Assembly (NCBI GenBank): GCA_030765185.1
Contig: JAVCDE010000015.1
Location: forward strand, 1 to 62,106
DNA: 62,106 nt
From: Candidatus Aceula meridiana
GTDB taxonomy: Bacteria > Omnitrophota > Gorgyraeia > Zapsychrales > Aceulaceae
Reading direction: 5' to 3'
Part shown: positions 57,271 through 62,106 of the stretch, one piece after another
Layout: each line of letters begins with the position of its first letter
Numbering within the stretch: position 1 is the first letter of the stretch
Program-made: the position numbers and the translations under genes
The notes under the pieces: generated by a model
The model's input: only the letters and a program-made list of their open reading frames with translations
Database searches by the model: none
Told to the model about the DNA's origin: nothing

Positions 57271-57306
57271 AAGCCAGGAGTACCTCTCCTGGCTTATTCT
57301 TTTTTC
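57271..57306 (+). terminator. Intrinsic terminator after the small ORF (overlaps the 3' end of the convergent OMP gene)
   Basis: AAGCCAGGAG-TACCT-CTCCTGGCTT followed by ATTCTTTTTT. Confidence 0.7.
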
Positions 57307-60300
57307 TTTACCGGAATGTGGAAAATATAAGTTGTCCCTTCTTGGACATCAATTTTATTAGTGAGCTTTATTAGAGGAAGGTACTCCATAGGGATTGAGT
57401 TGACATCAATAGCAATCTTATGCTCTCCCGCTTCAACATTATCAAAAGAATAAGAGCCCTCAAAATCTGTAACGGCCTCTTTCCCCTCAAGGGTAATGTG
57501 GACACCGTGAATAAACTCATCTCCAGAATCAGGTTTTTTGCTTTGATTCTTGTCATAATAAACTACACCATAAACTCCAGAACTCGTAGAAAGGCCAAAA
57601 TCGACCTTAACAATCTTGTGCGGAACAATTTTAACTTTGGCATAAAGTGGCGTCGTAAAAATATAGCCCTTAGGAACACTGTCAAAATCCATTCCGATTT
57701 GAACCTTCTTACCGCTAATCTTTATTAGATAGCGGCCGTTTTCATCGGTTGTGGTCTCCTTCTTTCCTACCTTTAATGTAATTCCTGGAATGCCTTTTTC
57801 ATCAGAATCTTGCACTCCGTTCATATTCATATCTTTAAAGACGGTGCCTCCAACATGGCCTTGCGGATTCCACCTAACAGGTAGCTCCCAGGACGTGCGC
57901 GCACCTAGCCTAATGTCTGCTTCAAAATAATTTGCAATATCTGAATCTTCAGGCCAGGTCTTACGGGCGGTAGCATCTAGATATATATCAAAATCAGAAT
58001 TCGGCCGATACGAAAGTCCCGCGGTTACAGCAGTTGAATCCTCCCCCGCTAAGAAACTGAAAGAACTTTCTGCTTCTTGTTCGTTGCGATAAGAAAGGTC
58101 TATATTCCCGAAAATGCTATCTGTAAGGTCCTTCCTATAACTTAAGCCCGTGGTCATTGCGCGAGGCTGGCTTCGGTTACCGCTTAAAATCTCATCAACA
58201 AAATAATAATCGTAATCAAGGTAATAGGAAAGCCAGTCAAGAACCGGAACCCGAATGCCTCCACCAAGCCCAATGCGGTCATATTCTGACGAAGGTGAAT
58301 AAGAATATCGACTTCTCTGGTAGGATTGGCGCAAGGTAACAGAGCCCATTCTCTCTGTTGAAAGAAAATCAAAATTCTTAGTTAAATAATTATAAATTCT
58401 AAAATCGCGATATGGCGAAATAAGGCCTGCAGTATCCAACCAATAAACATCTGTATTCCAGGTGGCAGATTGTTCTTCAAAAGGTTTTCGTAAAGATACA
58501 CTAAGATCATAGTTATAGGCATAAGGATTCTCAGGATTAACAGTGAGCCTATCTTTATAAACATTAAAGGAAGAATCTAAGCTAAAACTTTCAGGATGCC
58601 AGAAAAACGCCATAATTCCGCCAACTTCACCTTGACCCGAAGGATTCGAAACAACGGTTGTATAATCTTTTTCAATATCCCTAAAATCTAAAGAAAGGTC
58701 CATTTCAGAATTAAGAGGAAAATCAGCATGGGCTGTCCGGGCAAAATTTTCTTCGTCATGGGCTATCTCAGCAGATAGGTCTAACTCACCAAATTTCTGA
58801 AAAGTCTGAAAAGACATATTTTGATCAGCAAGATAGCTTTCTCGGTCGCTTCCCCAGCCTTCGGCATAATTAAAGTTATACTGATGGTCTCCGTATGGAA
58901 AAAAGCGTATTTGCCCACCCGTTATAAAGGATTGATCCTTAGATATAATTTCAGGTGATACAATCCCATAAGTAGCACGGTCTTGACCATTGATATAGGA
59001 ATACTCTATCGCATCATCAAACAATCTTTGTTCAAAAAGAATACCTCGGAAATATTTTCCGGACAAAGTCAAAGGCGAAAATGTTTTTCGGGCATCAAAG
59101 CCTCGAATGTTAAAATTAGAAATCGGCCCAATCTGCCCATCGATAAGACCTACAGAATACCCTGTTGCTACTGTTTTCTCTGCTTTTTTCTCAAACGTTA
59201 CAGAAGAATCAAGATTTCCATAAGGAGTTTCTCCTGCAAGTAGCATTCTTTGTGTAAAATTAAGTGAAGTTCTTTTTACTTCGTCTAGGTCTTGGTCTGA
59301 ATAGTAAGTGCTCCAGTCGCTTGAGTAATCAAAGCGAAACGGTTCAACTTCCTCTTGCCAGACATCTTTATCAACTCCGAACGGTCTCGATATAGGAATG
59401 GTCACTTGAACATTAAACGACCAACGGCCATGATCTTCCCAAATTAAAAGGGTTGTCCTTCCTCTTTTGTTGTCTGTAGAAATTGCAATACGGTCGCGAT
59501 CAATTCTCTCTAAATTAATAAAGCCAGGAGTCACGATAAGATACCTTTCAATATTCTTGCCTTCAAAAATTAAAGTTTTTCCCATTTCGATTTCTACTGT
59601 TGGCTTATCTGAATAATTCCATAGCTCACCATTTAAATAAATTGTGTCAGGGTCATAGACGGGAACATCAAGCCCCTCCTGCGTTATTGTTTCTACAGTC
59701 CGATTAGTATCAGACTGGCTACTAGACTCTTCTGCTATTTCTAGAGGATCATCTAGTCTTCCCTCTTCTGCCGCGTCTGCCATGCCTCTAGGCTCCTTCA
59801 AAGGCTGTTCTGGCTGTTCCCCCATGCCTTTAGAATTTTCGAGCGACTGCTGGCCTCTTGTTGTTTTTGAAACAGTAGGTTCGGATTGCGACTGGGCAGC
59901 TCTTTGGTCAGACTGATTATCGTTTTGTCTAGGTGTAAAATTCTGGGTAGGTGCTTGTTGAGCTTTCTCAGTCACTATTTCTTCCAAGGTAGTTGTTTCA
60001 CCCTCAGACTCAATAAAATCAGGAATATTTTCTGACTTCTCTCCTGCCATATGCTCTAAGAAATCGAGAGCTGATTCCATAGCTTGTTTTTTTGGATTTA
60101 TATCTTGGGAGGCGACAGGCTCAAGAGGTGCTGATAAATCTTGGCTAATCTCAAGTTCTTTTTCGGACTCAAGCTCTTGCTCGACCTCCTCAGGAAGAAC
60201 CGCAGCTTCAGAGGTTAAAGTTTTTTCATATTGAAAAAGTGCTTGATTAATAAACTGTTCGCGTTTGATGCCAACTGAAGAATCTTCTACCGGAAGGAAA

Positions 60301-60662
60301 GATGGAAAATATTCTTGCTGACTTTGCCCCTTATCTTTTAGAATGTCATCAGCTAATAATTCTCCAGAAGCTTTCTTTTTAAGATCTCTTACCTTTTCTT
60401 CATACTCGATAACTCCTATGCAGCCGTCTTGAAGTCGTTTAATTGTATTTAAAAAATGGAGGGAATCTTTTGCGTTAGGATTTACAATCAACGCTTCTTT
60501 AAAAAAAGCAACTGCGTCAGTGTAGTTGCCTTGCGTTAAAGCTTCCATGCCTTTTTTTTCAAAAAAACTATACGGGATAGGCTCTGTCGCATACGAAGAG
60601 CCAATAAGAAGAGAACCTAAAAGGAGTAAAACTCCTATAGTAAGAAGTGTTTTTTTCTGCAT
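57294..60662 (-). CDS. 1122-aa outer-membrane protein: TPR-like + acidic linker + pilus-N (secretin-N-like) domain + large beta-barrel + two CarboxypepD_reg/SdrD-B-like domains
   Basis: Signal peptide (LLLLGSLLIGSSYA). TPR-like GNYTDAVAFFKEALIVNPN. About 250 aa of E/D/Q/S-rich sequence. VEIEMGKTLIFEGKNIERYLIVTPGFINLERIDRDRIAISTDNKRGRTTLLIWEDHGRWSFNVQV fits the pilus-formation N-terminal domain pattern. About 560 aa of amphipathic Y/F/W-terminated strands follow. C-terminal GGTVFKDMNMNGVQDSDEKGIPGITLKV..TDENGRYLI and GVVYYDKN..GVHITLEG..TDFEGSYSFDNVEAGEHKI are beta-sandwich repeats. Confidence 0.6.
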   Translation of the reverse strand: MQKKTLLTIGVLLLLGSLLIGSSYATEPIPYSFFEKKGMEALTQGNYTDAVAFFKEALIVNPNAKDSLHFLNTIKRLQDGCIGVIEYEEKVRDLKKKASGELLADDILKDKGQSQQEYFPSFLPVEDSSVGIKREQFINQALFQYEKTLTSEAAVLPEEVEQELESEKELEISQDLSAPLEPVASQDINPKKQAMESALDFLEHMAGEKSENIPDFIESEGETTTLEEIVTEKAQQAPTQNFTPRQNDNQSDQRAAQSQSEPTVSKTTRGQQSLENSKGMGEQPEQPLKEPRGMADAAEEGRLDDPLEIAEESSSQSDTNRTVETITQEGLDVPVYDPDTIYLNGELWNYSDKPTVEIEMGKTLIFEGKNIERYLIVTPGFINLERIDRDRIAISTDNKRGRTTLLIWEDHGRWSFNVQVTIPISRPFGVDKDVWQEEVEPFRFDYSSDWSTYYSDQDLDEVKRTSLNFTQRMLLAGETPYGNLDSSVTFEKKAEKTVATGYSVGLIDGQIGPISNFNIRGFDARKTFSPLTLSGKYFRGILFEQRLFDDAIEYSYINGQDRATYGIVSPEIISKDQSFITGGQIRFFPYGDHQYNFNYAEGWGSDRESYLADQNMSFQTFQKFGELDLSAEIAHDEENFARTAHADFPLNSEMDLSLDFRDIEKDYTTVVSNPSGQGEVGGIMAFFWHPESFSLDSSFNVYKDRLTVNPENPYAYNYDLSVSLRKPFEEQSATWNTDVYWLDTAGLISPYRDFRIYNYLTKNFDFLSTERMGSVTLRQSYQRSRYSYSPSSEYDRIGLGGGIRVPVLDWLSYYLDYDYYFVDEILSGNRSQPRAMTTGLSYRKDLTDSIFGNIDLSYRNEQEAESSFSFLAGEDSTAVTAGLSYRPNSDFDIYLDATARKTWPEDSDIANYFEADIRLGARTSWELPVRWNPQGHVGGTVFKDMNMNGVQDSDEKGIPGITLKVGKKETTTDENGRYLIKISGKKVQIGMDFDSVPKGYIFTTPLYAKVKIVPHKIVKVDFGLSTSSGVYGVVYYDKNQSKKPDSGDEFIHGVHITLEGKEAVTDFEGSYSFDNVEAGEHKIAIDVNSIPMEYLPLIKLTNKIDVQEGTTYIFHIPVKKKE

Positions 60663-60680
60663 AGTATAACGTTTTGCCCA

Positions 60681-61490
60681 TCAGTCTCGTACCTGAAGGA
60701 TTTTAAAAGTAGAGTTTTTTGTTTTCTCAAAATCGACTTCCTCGACAAAAGAATCTCCCTCGCCTAATTCAAAAGTTAAAATTAGCGTATAATTCCCACC
60801 GGGAATATTATTAGCAATATCAACAAAAAATGGTGCACTCTCTCCGGGCGGAAGATAGAATGGCTCTATTTCGCCACGGTCTGCAACTATCCCCTCATCA
60901 TCCATAATATAGAAAATTCCTCGAGGTATCAATATGATTTGACTTTTATTTTCAATCGTTCCCAAAAGCTGATTTCCAGCTATAGCGATATCGAGAACTT
61001 TCGCGTCTTTTGAAGCTCCATTCTTTTCTAAAAAGAATAAACATCCTACCCTTGTCACAATCGTGACACCTGTCGCTGTCTTTTTGTCGCGAGAGTTGTC
61101 TTCAAAAAATAAAACACCATAGTAGCCATCTTCCGCATCTTCGGGAAGACGCGCAGAATAAGAAACAGCTTTTTTCCCGTAAGGACCTAACGTAATCTCT
61201 TGCGGCATAAAATTAACTAAATTTGAACAAGACCGGTTGCTCGTTCCCGGAGAAAGAAATTTTTTATTACCATCGAAAGGAGGCACATAAAGAAAATCTT
61301 GCCAATAGGCCTTTACTGATATTTCTTGATCTTTAGTGTTATGGATTATCACCTCTCCGGTAGCTGTCTCTCCGGGATCCAGGGAAAGGTTGACTTTGCC
61401 TTGTTGTAAAAGCATTTGCGAAAAAGCCGGTGTGCAAAAACTTCCAAAGCATAAGCCCAAGAGAAAAATCAATATAAGAATTTTCTTCAT
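60681..61490 (-). CDS. Secreted two-domain Ig-like protein (candidate periplasmic chaperone/assembly factor)
   Basis: Sec signal LLGLCFGSFCTPAFSQ. The beta-rich pattern LSLDPGETATGEVIIHNTKDQEISVKAYWQDF and ITLGPYGKKAVSYSARLPEDAEDGYYGVLFFE is reminiscent of PapD-like/DUF916-type Ig folds. 18 nt upstream of the OMP gene. Confidence 0.45.
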   Translation of the reverse strand: MKKILILIFLLGLCFGSFCTPAFSQMLLQQGKVNLSLDPGETATGEVIIHNTKDQEISVKAYWQDFLYVPPFDGNKKFLSPGTSNRSCSNLVNFMPQEITLGPYGKKAVSYSARLPEDAEDGYYGVLFFEDNSRDKKTATGVTIVTRVGCLFFLEKNGASKDAKVLDIAIAGNQLLGTIENKSQIILIPRGIFYIMDDEGIVADRGEIEPFYLPPGESAPFFVDIANNIPGGNYTLILTFELGEGDSFVEEVDFEKTKNSTFKILQVRD

Positions 61491-61516
61491 GATGTAAAAC
61501 CTTTCCTTTTTCTTCC

Positions 61517-61566
61517 AAAAAGGATTTTAAGGGAAAGGTTAAACCTCTCCCTTAAAATCCTTTTTT
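61517..61566 (-). terminator. Strong hairpin terminator/attenuator between the subunit gene and the assembly genes
   Basis: A 22-bp inverted repeat (AAAAAGGATTTTAAGGGAGAGG / CCTTTCCCTTAAAATCCTTTTT on the minus strand). Its single irregular pair is G-U on the minus strand but A-C on the plus strand. A U-run follows the GC core. Confidence 0.7.
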
Positions 61567-61618
61567 GAATTTTGTCTTGTGTCTCTTTTATTTTTGTATC
61601 GCTTAGCCTTTATTTAAA

Positions 61619-62106
61619 TTACGGCAATGTTGCTGAAACAGTCATTGTACCTTCATAGCTGCCAGGTGCATCAGAATTAGTAAATACTTCAGCGGTTGGC
61701 GGCATCGTACCTTCTTCACCGGTGTTGATTCCGAAGTACATCCTCAAGAAACCACCAGTAAGTTCACTTGGCTGGATAGTTTCATTGACAGTTCCAAAAA
61801 CTTCCTTTGGATGAGCAACAAGTGGTGTTTCTGTCTGAGCTCCTGTCGGACCGGTAACGGAAACAAAAGTAGCAGAACCTTTAACGCCCAAACCGTGAGT
61901 AGTTCCGCCATTAGGATTGTTTCCTTGTTTAAAAAATACTGATGTTGTTGGGTTACCTGTACCGCCTGTTGGCGCAACGTCAACAGCATAATACTCTGTT
62001 GCCATCCAGATTTCATTCACTGTGTCGTAATTCATGTTATACGCCAACGAATTTCCTACCGGCGTCCAGGTTGTTCCAACAACCCTGTTTGCATCAATTG
62101 AAACCC
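61619..62106 (-). CDS. Secreted beta-rich G/T-rich structural subunit candidate (5' end outside the window)
   Basis: The frame stays open upstream of the TTG at 62047 to the window edge (..VSIDANRVVGTTWTPVGNSLAYNMNYD..), so the N-terminus is missing. The C-terminal APGSYEGTMTVSATLP resembles the terminal strand of SCPU/DUF4402/CU-type fimbrial subunits. Confidence 0.5.
   Translation of the reverse strand, partial: VSIDANRVVGTTWTPVGNSLAYNMNYDTVNEIWMATEYYAVDVAPTGGTGNPTTSVFFKQGNNPNGGTTHGLGVKGSATFVSVTGPTGAQTETPLVAHPKEVFGTVNETIQPSELTGGFLRMYFGINTGEEGTMPPTAEVFTNSDAPGSYEGTMTVSATLP

Overview
This is a 62.1-kb AT-rich (by eye, not computed) chromosomal window from a diderm bacterium. Diderm status is supported by LptD, MlaFED, a GT9 heptosyltransferase and many LPS-type sugar genes. 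Many conserved enzymes are unusually divergent, so an uncultivated lineage is likely (inference). All homology calls come from motif recognition by eye on the supplied translations; no search was run.

I call 66 protein-coding genes, 63 of them on the minus strand. They are tightly packed and often overlap by a few nt. I saw no rRNA, tRNA, CRISPR array, transposase, integrase or recognisable defence gene.

Layout:
- 1-14 kb: housekeeping genes (rlmB, greA, ybaB, yggT, mscS, mlaE-lipoprotein-mlaF-mlaD, lipA, def, panD, trxA, gpmA).
- 15-18.3 kb: monocistronic gap with its own promoter and terminator, then a tandem GalT-like pair.
- 18.5-20.6 kb: the only plus-strand operon (polyprenyl-P GT2 plus a GT-C/DUF2029 membrane glycosyltransferase).
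- 20.6-23.4 kb: fmt and priA.
- 23.4-44.7 kb: a co-directional run of about 22 genes for envelope glycan and lipid synthesis, headed by a ROK kinase and lptD. It includes heptose-nucleotide genes, a B12-radical SAM enzyme and a split transketolase.
- 45-51 kb: two GGDEF cyclases, an orphan MalK-like ATPase, accD, a DUF1015 protein and an FmdB zinc-ribbon protein.
- 51.2-55.9 kb: hrcA-grpE-dnaK-dnaJ behind a consensus promoter plus CIRCE operator.
- 56.5-62.1 kb: the most unusual part.

The last region holds a c-di-GMP-I (GEMM-I) riboswitch with a terminator platform that drives a 79-aa secreted peptide. It is convergent with an uncharacterised locus that runs off the window. That locus has a secreted beta-rich subunit, then a strong attenuator hairpin, then a signal-peptide Ig-like protein, then a 1122-aa outer-membrane protein. 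The large protein's domain order (N-terminal pilus-N-like domain, large beta-barrel, two C-terminal beta-sandwich domains) mirrors a fimbrial usher without looking like one. I consider this the best candidate for an undescribed system.

Other points worth a second look:
- Two families of GC-rich structured intergenic repeats. One has strand-informative G-U changes and sequesters a start codon. The other sits in the leaders of gpmA and the ROK kinase gene.
- A PriA lacking the Walker A lysine and the DEEH box.
- A GalT paralogue lacking the nucleophilic histidine.
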